From NCBI GenBank assembly GCA_028534125.1, contig CM052817.1:105402001-105466000 (forward strand): a stretch of 64,000 nucleotides of DNA, given 5' to 3'. Positions 25,830-39,243 of this stretch are shown here, one piece after another. The notes under the pieces were generated by a model. The model did not search any database. It was not told where the DNA came from and saw nothing but the letters and a program-made list of their open reading frames with translations. This stretch comes from Lama glama. Taxonomy: Eukaryota. The position numbers and the translations under genes were made by a program. Position 1 is the stretch's first letter; each line of letters opens with the position of its first letter.

Positions 25830-25960
25830 ACGAATGTCTGTCTCCTCCATCAGAACTTAATTTTCCCAATGGCAAGGATCACGCCTGCTTCTGCTCAATA
25901 TGTTATCCTCAGTGCTCAGCATAGCGCCGAGACATAGCAAAGGCAGGCTCTCTAAATACA
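25830..25960 (+). mobile_element. LINE-2 3' end
   Basis: tgtctgtctcctccatcagaac...ggcaaggatcacgcctgcttctgctcaatatgttatcctcagtgctcagcatagcgcc. Confidence 0.65.
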
Positions 25961-26199
25961 CCTTTTATGGAGTTGATATGTGCACGTAAGTCAAGGGCTT
26001 TCAAAGTCCAAGGGCATGAATGGTTGCCCGGGTCTTTGAATTTGGTTATTGGCTACAAGTAGGCTGAAAGCTGTTGCTTCTCACTTAGCCAGTCGGTTAT
26101 TGACAGCAATAAGAGGAAGCAAAGGGTGATAGAAAAAGACAGCAGGAGATCGCATATAAAGGATTGGAGAAAAATTATGAGGTGAGACAAGAAACAGAA

Positions 26200-26320
26200 T
26201 CGCTTACTCACTCAATAAACATTTATTGACATTCAACTGTCTTCAAGGTCCTAGTATTGAGAATAATCTGTGAGTGTAACAGACCCAGCCTCTGCCTTTC
26301 TGGAGCCCTGATATTGGGGC
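26200..26320 (-). mobile_element. LINE-2 3' end
   Basis: ctcactcaataaacatttattgacattcaactgt...aacagacccagcctctgcctttctggagc. Confidence 0.65.
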
Positions 26321-26360
26321 TGTAAACCTTAAATTATTAAATTAAAAAATAAGTAATTAA

Positions 26361-26489
26361 TAATGGAAAAGAATCTGAAAAAATACATATGTGTATGTAT
26401 AACTGAATGGCTTTGCTGTACACCTGAAACTAACATTGGAAAACAACTACACTCCAATAAAAAACAAAACAAAACTTTTTCTCTGAAAA
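26361..26489 (+). mobile_element. LINE-1 3'-terminal stub
   Basis: taatggaaaagaatctgaaaaaatacatatgtgtatgtataactgaatggctttgctgtacacctgaaactaac...ctccaataaaa. Candidate TSD aaaaaataagtaattaa / aaaaattatgtaattaa. Confidence 0.85.
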
Positions 26490-26779
26490 AAAAATTATGT
26501 AATTAAAATTGAAATAAATGTGTTAAAAGATACTTCTGGAGGCTGGTGGGGAAATGATCTATGGGAAGATAGCGTGTAATAAAAAGCAAGTGGCACCGTA
26601 GCAGTTAGATTGGTGGAAGGGATGGGGGAGGAACAGCATTCCAAGCAGGTGAGTATAATGCGGCAGTTAAGGTTAACTTTACTTTGATAACTTAATATTA
26701 TAAATAATTGCTCCTGCAGAATTATCTTTTGGATTTCTTAGAAAAAATAATTCTAAGTGGATTGAAACATATTTTTACT

Positions 26780-28300
26780 GAGGTGCTCAGACAAAAACCC
26801 AGAAAATATCTTTGACTCCACTCTTTCCCTCCCATCACAGATTCCATCTGTCAGCAGGTCCTGTAACCAACATCCTCAATATACACATCCGATTTGAAAA
26901 ACTGATCAATTTTCATCCATCTTCCTCTACTACCTAGTCCAAGCCCCTTTTCTCCCTCACCTCCAACGGCAGGGGTGTTTTTTACGTACCACTTCTCTGT
27001 GTCCGGCTTTGCAATTAGAATCACTTTTTTTTTGTAATTGAAGTACAGTCAGTTACAATGTGTCAATTTCTAGTGTACAGCACAGTGTCCCAGTCATGCA
27101 CATACATGTATATATTCATTTTTGCATACTTTCTCATTAAAAGTTATTGTAAGATATTAAATATAGTTCTGTGTGCTATGCAGAAGGAACTTGTTTTTTA
27201 ATTTATTTTTATATATAGTAGCTAACATTTGCAGATCTCAAACTCCCAAATTTATCTCTTCCTACTCCCTTTCCCCCAGTAACCATAAGATTGTTTACTA
27301 TGTCTGCGAGTTTATTTCTGTTTTGTAGATGCATTCATTAGTGTCCTCTTTTTCCTTTTTTTCTTTTTTTTTTTGAGTGATGCCATATGGTATTTTTCTT
27401 TCTCCTTCTGGCTTACTGCACTTAGAATGGTGATCTCTATCTAGGTCCATCCATTTTGCTGCAAATGGCATTATTCCTTTTTATGGCTGAGTAGTATTCC
27501 ATTGTATAAATATACCACATCGTCTTTATCCAGTCATCTGTTGATGGAAATTTAGGTTGCTTCCATGTCTTAGCTATTGTAAATAGTACTGTTATGAAAA
27601 CTGGGGTGCATGTATCTTTTTGCATTAGAGTTCCCTCCAGATACATTCTCAGGAATGGGATTGCTGGATCATATGGTGAGTCTAAGGGCAAGTCAGATCA
27701 AGCTACTGCTGCTCTTGAACATCCCAGTCAATGAAATTCCAACAGTGCTTAAATTCCAAGCTCTACCCAACAGTCTACCAAAACGGTAGATTCTCCATCC
27801 ACCTGACCCTCATCTTGTCATTTCCTCTGCAAGTTTACTTTGCTATCATCCACATGGCCCATTTTTCCATTCCTTCACCACCTCTGGCCCCAGGGCCTTG
27901 AGTTCTGGAGCTCTCTGCCCTAACCCTCTTCCCTCAGGTTGTCCAAAGCCCCATTTCTGTTCATCGTGAAGGTTTCAGGAGGTATTTATGCCTTCTATCT
28001 TTAGCTCCCATCCAAACTTCCTACCCTCCTTCTGGGTTTTATTCTTTACGATACCTATGAATATTTGAATTTACATTACCCATTACTTGGTTACCTTCGA
28101 GGGTAAATACACATGCCTACATATACCAGCATGCAAATAAACAATAGAGGCACAGATATAAATAGCAGTTCCTTTTCTTTTCTGTTAGAATATACATTCT
28201 ATAAAGAGAGATACAAATTTAGCTGCCTTGTTCACTCTTGTTTCTCTGAATCAATTCAGTATCTAGTCCAGTATATGCTCAAGAAATGTTTGATGATTGC
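26780..28300 (+). mobile_element. LINE-2 relic split by the L1 at 27025-27683
   Basis: Left part: ctcagacaaaaacccagaaaatatctttgactccactctttccctc...acctagtccaagcc. Right part resumes gcaagtcagatca and ends ccttgttcactcttgtttctc...tatgctcaagaaatgtttg. Confidence 0.6.
27025..27683 (-). mobile_element. 5'-truncated LINE-1
   Basis: T-run followed by antisense tail (aattgaagtacagtcagttacaatgtgtcaatttc). ORF 27437-27691 (PYDPAIP...IAKTWKQPK...WYIYTMEYYSAIK) is the L1 ORF2 C-terminus. Confidence 0.95.
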
Positions 28301-31300
28301 GTATAACTAAACCACAGGGTGTTTCATAATGGCTTTTAAAAAAATGACTACACTTTGATGCTATGCAGACCTTCCTAAGTCATTAATTAATTTTATAATT
28401 AAAGATATTATTAGTATTTCCCTTGAAGTGTATCTTTGAAAATGACAAGGTGTTTAGTTGTGATACTTTCCATTTTCTTATGCAGACACGTTTGCCCACC
28501 ACCAGACCTTTCCTCATGCTCTTCCTTCTACTTTCCAGATCTAGAAATTCGGCCTGAATTATCTTTTAAGGAAAATTCATATTCCTTGTGATACATGAGA
28601 ATTTTCCCACCTTCCAAACGGAAGTCTTTCACTGTTTCCTTGGCATCCAAATATTTCCCCCCCTGCTATCGCTAATTAGTATTCTGTGTTACATGCATGT
28701 GGTTTGGATTGTGCCCCTGTAAAAAGACTGTTACAGACTTGTGGTTTGTACTGTGTCTCTATAAGACTGCAAGCTCCTTCATGGCATGATGTATGCAAGC
28801 ATTTAAAAACTAAATTAGCACACAAAATAACAAACAGCGGAGTTAAAATATCTTGCTTTTTTTCCTCTGTGAGCTTTATTTCTCATTCAGACCCAGGTGC
28901 TGTTACTTTACTTAGTGTCCCCTCCTCCACTGTGTTGAATTATTCTTCCCAATCCAGCCAATATTATGACCACTTTAATGTGTACAATTTGGAAAAATAT
29001 CCATTGAACTGAGATTGCATTTAATTTGGGGGTGTTTATCTTACCAATCGAAGTGAGAAAAAATTAGATGTTATTAAGTTAGCTTCAGTGTAATATGATT
29101 GGTGTCTCTAATAGTACAAATGATGTTCCTATCTGACCAGAAAACCAGTAAACTATTAAACAGTGCTCAAAGTAGGTAGACATTTTATCCTTCCCATAAA
29201 TTTCAAATATAATCCAAGACCCAAACCCTTTACTGCTCTTTTTTTCCTGCACTTCCTATATATTTTGTCATTGATGCAATGAATAATTAGGAGCAGATTT
29301 CTCTGAGCTTCTGCAAATTTCCAATCTAACTATACATCCTGAAACAAATGTGAGTCAGTACTCTGCTTGTAAACAAGCATACCGACATTATACTGAAATA
29401 AATGAGTCTGTTTATGCTCAAAGGAGAGATTTGTTTCCTTTGCATATATTCCTCACAGATCTGAACATATAATTTCCTTCTACTGTCAGATTTCAGGGAA
29501 GGCAGAGTAGCTCTGACTATGCCAGTTAGAAATCTCTCCAAAGATGGCTGTTGGCAGTATTTCCCTATGTTTATGTAGCACAGTTAGGGCTTAATCAGAC
29601 TCTCCTCTCTTTTAATATTACCGCCTTGAGCCAGCTTCCCGAGAACATTCGTCTTTTCTTCCAAACTGTAGAACTTAGTGGTAGCGAGACTAGAAGGAGA
29701 AATACAAAACAGAACTCACAATTGTATTCCTCAGAGGTGTGCCTCAGTTACGCTGGGAGTTACATGTCAACTTCATCAGGTTTAGATTTAGGAAAATGAT
29801 TTGCCAAATGACTTGGGTTTTTTTTTTTTTTTTTGCTTTGAGTTAAAAACAAATAATAACCTTCTGAGTTCCAGTAATATGCGTGAATGCATACAGTATG
29901 ATAAATATGGTGTTTAAAATATTTTAAAATAATTTAGCAAATATTGAATTTTATATATTATAGTTTATATAGTTCTTTCTTACATATTTTATAAAATATT
30001 TCGAGTGACGCCTCTAGTCACTTGAAGGCCAGCTACCATTTACACAATAGCTTAACCTAATTCACTTATTCCTACGATTTCTCATTTGAGTCACACTCTC
30101 TGACTCAGGGAAGTACATGATTGTCTATAAAACTGGTGTTTTTGTTGAAACAACATTAGTAAATCCCGTGGAGAAATAAAACTCCCCATCACCCACTATG
30201 AAATTAAATATCTTTTGTTCTCGTAAGTCATTGGAGAGGCATGGGATCATTTCCAATGAATATAAATGCTTACAGTCAAAGGGTGTCAAGGGGAATTACT
30301 GTGTTGGGTAGGGACTCCACAGTTGTCCATGGCACTCGTCCAAAGAAATAATACCCCCTTTCCTGTACAAGCAGCCTCTACTCCGAGCACTGAGGTGGTC
30401 ACTGGAAGACGCTCCGTAGGTACCAGAAGCCCCTTTTTATTACTCTTTTGAGCAATCATTCTGCTCAACCAGAAGGTGACTGTCAGTCATTTTTAACTCT
30501 CCATAATTCAAAGCATAACTGCCTAACGTGTCCTGAGTTTCTCCCATCAACATCAGTTTTCCCTCAAATTCTAGTAAAAGGTTTTTTTCTTTCCCCACCC
30601 CTGCAACCAGCCCCACCCTGGCCAAACTCTGAGTTCCAGAACTAGTCTGTGTTCAGTGTTCAACTTAACACTACAAAGAAATGTACACAGGTTTTTTTTC
30701 TATGTTTATAAATATGTCTTTTTATGGTACTTAGTTTTGTTATCTACTGTCTGGTAAGGTGGACAATTTTATTCAACCTTCATCTTGATCCTGGAAAGGA
30801 CAGGTGATGACTTTCATTGTATTGATGTGGAAAGTGAGTCAAAGTTGTAGCTTATCTAAGGCCACAAAGAGTGTAAGTGGTGGACCCGAGATAATCTTAT
30901 TACTCAGTCAGAACCTGGGTAAGCCATGCTGAAATGCGTAGAACAATTGAAATCAGTTTTACTTTTTTTTTCTGACCAGGATGAAGAGATGTAAATACCT
31001 ACCCAAAAAGAAATAACTTTGCCCCTGGGACCATGTCCCTAATACCAGCTATTAAGTAGTGTGACAGTGCTAGCAAAAGCTGACATATTCCCCAGAAAAA
31101 GCAACAGATAAGCGATTACAGTTAAGGAAAGTTTAAGACTTCCTTTTTTAAAAGTGAAATATGCATTTTTGAAAAATCCGATCAGTCACTTAATACTTAT
31201 TCATCTATATGATTAAACTGTATGGTTTTTATTATAACTTCCCTAAAGTGGAATTGTGTTCTATTAATATTATAGTTAGAAAATCGAGGGGCTAGAAAAA

Positions 31301-31726
31301 AATGGGACATGATTTGATAGAATTCATCAGGGATACTATCAGGAAAACAATTTTTTTCTCTCCTCTCACTGACAGAAATGAACATAAATGATGTAAAATA
31401 TAAGGGAAAAAAACCCAGGAAATTATCTACTTACCCTTATTCTAGAGGGCAGAATGCATGCTGAGGGCATTTTTTTTTAATTATTATTTTTATTTGTTCA
31501 TTTTGGGGGGTTTTGAATCACATTATATTCAATAAATTCTTTTAGATATTTAATATTTGGCAATCATTTTCCCTTAGAATTTGGATGCATAATTTCTAAT
31601 ACATGTATATATTTCAGATCTGCCTTTGTTTAAAGAGTGTATTCAGTGAGCACTTTGAAAGGCTGAGGGTCAACTTACTAACCTCATTTAACAAAATGAG
31701 AAACTTATAATGATTCTTTATATATA

Positions 31727-32219
31727 TTTTTAATTGAAGTATAGTCAGTTTACAATGTTGTGTCAATTTCTGTTGTACGGCACAATGCTTTAGTCATACA
31801 CAAACATACACACATTCATTTTCATATTCTTTTCCACCATAAGTTACTACAAGATATTGAATATAGTTTTCTATGCTGTACAGTATAAACTTGTTGTTTA
31901 TGTATTTTATATGTGGTAGTTAATATCCGCAAATCTTGAACTCCCAGTTTATCTCTTCCCATCGACTTCCCCCACACCCCACTGGCAGCCATAAGTTTGT
32001 TTTCTATGTGAGTCTGTTTCTGTTTTGTAAATAAGTTCATTTGTCTTTTTTTTTAGATTCCACATATAAGTGATATCATATGCTATTTTTCTTTCTCTTT
32101 CTGGCTTACTTCACTTAGAATGACAATCTGCAGATCTATCCATGTTGCTGCAAATGGTGTTATTTTATTATTTTTATGGCTGTGTAGTATTCCATTGCAT
32201 ATATATATCACAGCTTCTT
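31727..32219 (-). mobile_element. 5'-truncated LINE-1 (3'UTR and ORF2 end)
   Basis: ttttaattgaagtatagtcagtttacaatgttgtgtcaatttc...agattccacatataagtgatatcata...ccatgttgctgcaaatgg. Confidence 0.93.
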
Positions 32220-32392
32220 AAAATACATGTCTTAGATGAGTCTGAAAGATGGCATAAATTAACCAATTTACAGTGCATTTTCAGATAATATTATAGCTTA
32301 ACAAACTAACCAAACTGTCATGAAGAGAAAATACTAATGAAACCAAAATACAATTAAAGTAAATTAAATACTTTGAAAAGTCATGTGTTCTG

Positions 32393-32414
32393 GTGTGTGT
32401 GTGTGTGTGTGTGT
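32393..32414. repeat. (GT)11 microsatellite
   Basis: Read directly. Confidence 0.95.
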
Positions 32415-33289
32415 TTGCACATGTGTCTGATAAACTGGATTTTCCTTTATACTATTTCTCCTATCATTTAAGATAGTTGTAATGAAACAAAAAGTATACT
32501 TAACTTACATAACTTTGAGAGAAGTCAAAGTTATAAATGATACACCATGCAAAACAAAATATACTAAAAATAAAATACATGGAATATACATGATTCTAAA
32601 TTTAATTTGTTTTCTGAGTTACTATAAGATATTTTACTACCATTTAAATATTCTAATGGTGTTTACACTACCATCTGGAATTAAATTATTTCATATGTGG
32701 AAAAAAATCATAGAAAACATATAATAATCTTATGAATTAAACACACATGCATCATACGCATATATATGTGTATATATATATATGTGTGTATATTTGCACA
32801 TACTTTTTGTTTTGGCCATTTGTCATTAAGAAAGTCATACTGAAATAGTGTTTCTCACATTGCTTGTGGTTGTGTGCACCTGTGTTTGTGTTCAGGCATT
32901 TAACCAGAGAAAATTGAAGTTTTTCCACTCCAAACAGAAAAGTTTAACAGAGGCACTGTAACAACACAGACTATGTTAAAATTCACTTATATTTATGCTG
33001 TAAACATTTTATAAGAGCTTCTACATTTCTATATATTCCTTGTGAAATAGAACTAGGAAATCATCAAGATCAACTTCCAAATCCTCGCTCTCTCAGTTAT
33101 TAGCTAAATTACTGTGAGCAAGGGACTCAAGCTTTCTAAACTTCAATGTTGTCATGTGTAATTAATGGGAATAATTCCTACAAGATGTCAGATTTTTACT
33201 TGAATAGTTCTTGCTCTTGGAGACACAGAAGAATTTAACTCAAACCTCCAAACTCATACCCTGTTCCTCTTCAAAATATACAAATTTCT

Positions 33290-33417
33290 TTTTCTTATTT
33301 TTTGGGGGAGGTAACTAGGTTTATTTATTTATGTATTTATTGGAGGTACTGGGGATTGAACCCAGGACCTCGTGCATGCTAAGCACTCGCCCTACCACTG
33401 AGGTATACCTTCTCCCC
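33290..33417 (-). mobile_element. tRNA-Ala-derived camelid SINE (vic-1 type)
   Basis: Antisense head ggaggtactggggattgaacccaggacctcgtgcatgctaagcactcgccctaccactgag. TSD tatacaaatttct at 33277-33289 and 33426-33438. Confidence 0.92.
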
Positions 33418-34423
33418 TGCAAATTTATACAAATTTCTGATTTTATTTACTTACAGTCATGTTTGTCTCCTCTCATATTAATACACAGACCATAACTGTT
33501 TTTTGTTTGTCTCTTTGTTTCTTTGGTTGTTTCTGATGAGCCCTTGGAGGTCTGTGGGTTAATGGAAAGAGAGGTCACTTTATTTGCTGCATAATCAGCC
33601 ATCCTGGGATGGAGACACCAGTTGCTTTCTGTCACCCAGTGACCATTGTCTCATGCTGAGACCTTCCCCATGACTTTGAGCCAAACCCACGATTCTCCTC
33701 CACTGGGGACAGTGTCGCCGACTCGCCCTCTCTGTCCTCCCCCAGCACACGGGCACACGTGCATGAGCTCACGTACACATGTAGCCTTTGCACGAGACAA
33801 TTCAGCTGCGTTAAAAAAGCAGTCCTCTCCATCTTGTTCCATGCAGTGATCATTCAGCCTGGTACATGAATGGGCTAATGTTTTAAAAACCCAATATGGT
33901 GCACAGTAATACAATCGGTGCATTTTGGTTTCCCCTCTCTTCAGACACTGTAATCTCCATCCCATGGTGCTGATTCTAAAACACATTATTATTGATCTGT
34001 ATAAATAGCAACTTCTACCATTTTCTGGCTCAAATCTCCTGAAACCACATCATCCCTTTTGAAGTGTATAGACTACTTTGATGAAATACATATGGCATTG
34101 TACAAACTGTGTACAAGTTTACGTGCTGAATGATACTCATAATTACAGCCTAATTTTCTGCAATATATATTTTCACCAGGCAATGCAGGGTATAAATACT
34201 GTAGCAGCTCTTATGTAAAATTTGCCTCTCCTTTGTGGTCTTTGCGGTATCAAACAATTCCGTTTAAATGGAATAAACGAGTACATATTTTTGACACAGA
34301 AATTGATTTTATTGATTGTGTCATATTAAGACCCAGAAGAGCTGCCTTTGCTTAAGGATAATTTATAACAGCAGGGGTGATATCAAGATATCAATTTTAT
34401 GACTATTGAGAGAAAAAAGTCCT

Positions 34424-34822
34424 CTAGAGATTATCATATTGAGTAAAGTAAGTCAGACAGAGAAAGACAAATATTGTATAATATCATTTATGTGTAAAAT
34501 ATAAAAAGTGACACAAATTATATTTACAAACCAAAAACAGACACATGGACATAGAAAACAAACTGTGGTTACCAAACGGGAGAGGGCAGGGAGGGGTCAG
34601 TTAGGGGTTTTGGGGGTTAACAGACACTCAGGACTATATATAAAATAGATGAACAGCAAGGACTTCCTGTATAGCACGTTCAATTTCTTATAATAACATA
34701 TAACAGAAAGTAATCTGAAAAGAAAAAATACATATATGTATTTATATGTATAACTGAATCACTTTGCTATACACCTGAAACTAACCTTATAAATCAATTA
34801 CTCTTCAATAAAAAATTTTTTT
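34424..34822 (+). mobile_element. 5'-truncated LINE-1 (3'UTR)
   Basis: ctagagattatcatattgagtaaagtaagtcagacagagaaagacaaata...tataactgaatcactttgctatacacctgaaactaac...ttcaataaaaaa. TSD aaagtcct at 34416-34423 and 34823-34830. Confidence 0.92.
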
Positions 34823-36539
34823 AAAGTCCTAGACACTTACAGATAATATAGGTTAAATGTAAGTAGTGTCCCTAAAGACACTGACAATTAATATTTTCCA
34901 TTATTAAAGTTGATTTTGCTTCCTCCATTTTTATTCCTATAATGTATATTAAAGAGCTTACCTTTTACTATTATTCTGCACTATATAATAGAATTATTCT
35001 TGTTTAGCAAAGAAGGAAATAAAGAGAGGAGACGAAGGGAAAAAATCCAATATAGTTGGAGAATCTGCGTGTGTGTGTGTTGTAGCTTGGAAAGCACTGA
35101 TGAAACTTTGACGTGTGTCTGATTGTGTCCGTCAAGCACAGATAATCCTGACCTAGAAGACATACCAATGCTTTAGAGGTTGTTTCTCCCTATGACTCTA
35201 ACCAGTATAACCGTTTCAATACTATTCTCGTGGGTAACTGAGAAATAATATCCCGTGTATAGCTAAGGAGTCAAAGAGATCAGAGCATGTCCAAGTTGAC
35301 GTCCTATCACTGCTGGATGTTTGAGGAGACAATGCTCCAAGAAATATGATTCTGCTGCTGTGGGTTGTTGGGGCTTCCTTCTGAGGAAACAGTCCACTTT
35401 ATCTTGAGTTTCCTCAGATGGAAAAGTGAATGGACACGTTTTCTAAAGATCTTCCCAAGAAAACGTCTTTAATGTAAAAACCATTTTACTTTATTCATTC
35501 AAGAACATTAATTTAGCGACTACTTTGTTCAGTGACATACAGATTTGTCATGAATCCCTGTAGAGACATAAACCCATTTTTCATATCCCTTCACTACAAA
35601 CTTACAACACTCCCCTACCCTACTGAACTCAGGACAGCTGTGCAACTTACTTTGGCCAATTGAATGGAAATGAAAGTGTTATGTATGTCACTTTTCACAG
35701 TTTAAGAACTGATTCATGTTTGTCAAAAGTCTCTTTTCTAAATGAAGGACCAGAAAATTTTCCAGGTAGTGGCAGCATCACAAAACTGGGCCCCAAAAAT
35801 AGAGATGAAATTGAGCAAGGCTTCAACCAACACACTGTGGACATGTAACAGGGTTTTTTTTTTTTTTTTTGATTGCCTAGCACTGCAGAAAAACCTATCC
35901 TTCCCTGACTACATCATGATGAAATAATGAAATAATGTTATATATAATATGCAAATATGTAGCATATCATATCAATTTCTTGAAATGTTACAATACCTGC
36001 TAGTGTATCAAATACTAAGAATTCATTAAGCATTGTTTATCCGGTATGGTTTAAAAATGATAATGGATTCCTTTTTAAAAAATAATTCCCATTATAGAAA
36101 ATGAATTTGACACAGTATTGGTTTAGAAGAATTATGAGATATAGTGAAAATACAATTTTTAAAATAATACTGACACTCTATCTCCTAAATCAAAGCTAAA
36201 ATGATCAAGAAGTCAGGATCCTAAAAATTACAGGGCTGAAAATCCTTTTATTGTACCTATTTCTTACATTTACACAAAGCCTAATTATACCTGAGATCAT
36301 TTTTATGGATGATTCTTCAAAGCTGATGGATTTCTAATAAATTGTAGCCATTTTAGGACCTTGATATTACTGTTAAGTTTGCAATGCTACAAACTGTTGA
36401 CTTTTCTTAAAACCAAATACCAAGAAAGAAATAAAATTGTAGATGTTGTCTAATATTTCTTGGAGGTTTTAAGTAGAAATGATTTTAATATTATGCTGAA
36501 ATTTAAAAGTTAGTATAGCTGCAAATATAAAGTAAACTT

Positions 36540-36665
36540 GGGGGGAGGGTAGAGCTCAGTGGTAGAGCGTATGCTTAACGAGCACAAGGTCCTGGGGTCA
36601 GTCCCCAGTACCGCCATTAAAATAAATAAATAAATGAATGAATAAACCTTCTCCATCAAAAAAAT
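36540..36665 (+). mobile_element. tRNA-Ala-derived camelid SINE (vic-1 type)
   Basis: ggggggagggtagagctcagtggtagagcgtatgcttaacgagcacaaggtcctggggtcagtccccagtacc plus (AAAT)n. B box mutated. Short flanking repeat agtaaac. Confidence 0.9.
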
Positions 36666-36819
36666 AGTAAACCCAGAAGTTATTTTTTTCTTTACTTTAA
36701 TTCCACTTAGAGAAAGAGAGAAAATAAAACATAAGAAAGAAAATAGAGAAGAAAAACCTGCTTTCTGGAAAAGCAACCAGCAGTGATTTTAGTGGCATCT
36801 TGGCGGTAAAAAGTCAGGA

Positions 36820-37043
36820 AGGTGTGGTGGTTGGGAGAGCCAGCCCTCCAGCCATGTCGCCGGGCATTCAGTCCCTGCTCTGCCACTTGAATGTCCATGT
36901 GACCTTGAGCAAGCGACCTAACCACGCTGTGTGTGCCACTTCATTTGTAAAATAAGAATTATGTCAATTGAGCTGATTTATGAAAAAATGCTTAGAACCA
37001 TAGCTTACACATTGGAATCGCTCAACAGAAGTTATTCATTATA
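36820..37043 (+). mobile_element. MIR SINE
   Basis: ccctgctctgccacttgaatgtccatgtgaccttgagcaagcgacctaacc...cttcatttgtaaaataaga...aaaatgcttagaac. Confidence 0.8.
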
Positions 37044-37539
37044 ACTATAAGAAGGATTATCCATTCACCATCCTTTTATAATGATTTTCTGATAAAACTT
37101 TGTACAAATATTTTGGACTTTTTTATCCTGATATTGATGCTTTTTAAATACACTATTCAATATGTATCTTATGTGACCTGAACACCAATAAAAGTAATAG
37201 AACTTTTCTGACATTAAATATTGATTTATTTTCCTCAGTTTTGAAGGTTGCATGATTTTAAGGGAATATTTCTATGATACTGTCAAACACCTCTCACTAG
37301 TTATTTAAAATGATAACAGTCTAATAGCGATTATCAGAACACCCAAGTATCACTTGAGATCTAGGTTTAAAGGTTAAAAATATGTTCCAAATAATATTCA
37401 AATGTGCCCATTAACTTGTTTTGATCAAAGACCACTTCAAGTTTTGATTAAATCAGTTGCCGAAAAAATCACGGTGCACTCAGAATGCATTCGTACTTTG
37501 TGGTTGCATAGTGGAGTAGGGTTGGCAGTGGAGGAGGGT

Positions 37540-37700
37540 GCGCTTAGGTTTTAAGCCTCCATTCAACCTTGACTTGCCGTTGACCCAGCTAAATACTCAG
37601 ACTTTCAGTGCCTGAGTTTCTCTGTGCAATGCCAATAATATAAAACCTGCTTGATACTGTGGTTTTAAGGATAAAATGAAATGATGAAAATAAAGGCTAG
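37540..37700 (+). mobile_element. MIR SINE (diverged)
   Basis: cagtgcctgagtttctctgtgcaatgccaataatataaaacctgcttgatactgtggttttaaggataaaatgaaatgatg. Confidence 0.6.
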
Positions 37701-38080
37701 GCAGGATGAGTTATGGTTGGTTAACCACTGTGACTTCTCTTCACAGAGATCAGGAGAGGGAGTTAGTATCCACATAATGTTTACCAGGCAACAAACAGCA
37801 TTTGAAATCATTGTCACTGCAGTTTTTGTACTGAAGAACGCTTACAAGGGCATTATACCTTAACTAGTAAAGTAAAATAAACATACATTCAAGAGCTAAA
37901 CATTCATTTGTATATTATTTACAATATAATCAATGACAAAAATGTGTACCACAAACCCAAATACTAAATTGCTGTCTTTATGATTATAGAATTTTAATAT
38001 ATGATAAATTATGGTAAAATATCACAATTTTGAACAAAGAAGTCACTTTAGAAAAACAGGCTGATTTAAAAAATATTTTT

Positions 38081-38155
38081 AAGACTGAAACATTATGCTG
38101 TACACCAGAAATTGATACAACATTGTAAACTGACTATACGTCAACTAAAAAAAAA
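38081..38155 (+). mobile_element. LINE-1 3'-terminal stub
   Basis: gactgaaacattatgctgtacaccagaaattgatacaacattgtaaactgactatacgtcaactaaaaaaaaa. Confidence 0.85.
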
Positions 38156-38295
38156 CTCTGAGGTAAAATAAAATAAAAATATAAAATACATTAAATTTTT
38201 TTACTTGATTATAGAAAGTAATTTAAAGATTACTCCAACAATAACACTGTGGACCAGAGATTACTTGTTATTTGTCTCAGTTAAAACACAGGTGT

Positions 38296-38298
<3 letters not shown>

Positions 38299-38326
<28 letters not shown>
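38299..38326. repeat. (CA)14 microsatellite
   Basis: Read directly. Confidence 0.95.
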
Positions 38327-38330
<4 letters not shown>

Positions 38331-39243
38331 CAGGTAAAATATTTTAAAATACGTGCAGAGAGTAACATCACAAATTGTTGAAATGAATAGTGGGCCACAT
38401 TATGAACTTATATACATCAATTATCAAATGTAAATCTAAAGAGACTGACATTTCTGAAAACATGTCTTACGTTTCTCTTTTGCTGTTGCATTGTATCCTA
38501 AAATAAGTTTCCAATATGTTTTGTAGTGTTTATATGTTTTCTTAAAGTAGAATCCTTCCATGCTTGGCAAATAAGATGAGTAATCAGCCTTGATAGTATC
38601 ATTTGCAGTCACAAATGCAATTTGTCTATTGAAGACTAGGATTGATTTTCCAGTGTGACTTGTAAACTAGTTTGCAAGGCAACTCCTAAGTACTCTGAAG
38701 CTTGAAAAGACACACAAGAGTCATGCTTGTTTTAAGAGTACGTTACCTTCTTACAGCAGCAAAGATAGCGTGAATAAAGAAACAACAGCCTTAGTTAAAA
38801 CACAAAAGGAAAAAAAATGTACTTGGTTTTAAAGATATTTAGGAATCAATTATTATAATTTAAAAAGTATGTTAATCTCATCGTTTTACTACTAAAGAAC
38901 ATTAAATAGTTTCTTAGACATGCAATTTGAAGATCTGGGCATTAAAGTCAGAAAATAAATAGTGTAGCATGATTGAACTCCTAAGAACAGGGCTTCTTGT
39001 TGTTTCTTGTTCTTTTTTTTTTCTTTTTAATTATATTCTGTAATACAAAATCAAGCACAATTTTCCAGATACACTGCTATCATCTAATATTTAATAACCC
39101 AAGGCAAGGAAAATAAGCAGCAAAATAGAGTTTATATAAATAATATGATTGTTATTCAGCCCTTGAAGTGGATATCCACACATTTTTTAAGGAGGCTTCT
39201 GGAAAAAAATGGTCCTGCTCAGCAAATAAAGAATTGGACTTAT

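Noticed and set aside
26646..26654. Perfect donor CAG|GTGAGT
   Set aside because: It lies in purine-rich L2-like sequence with no plausible acceptor nearby.
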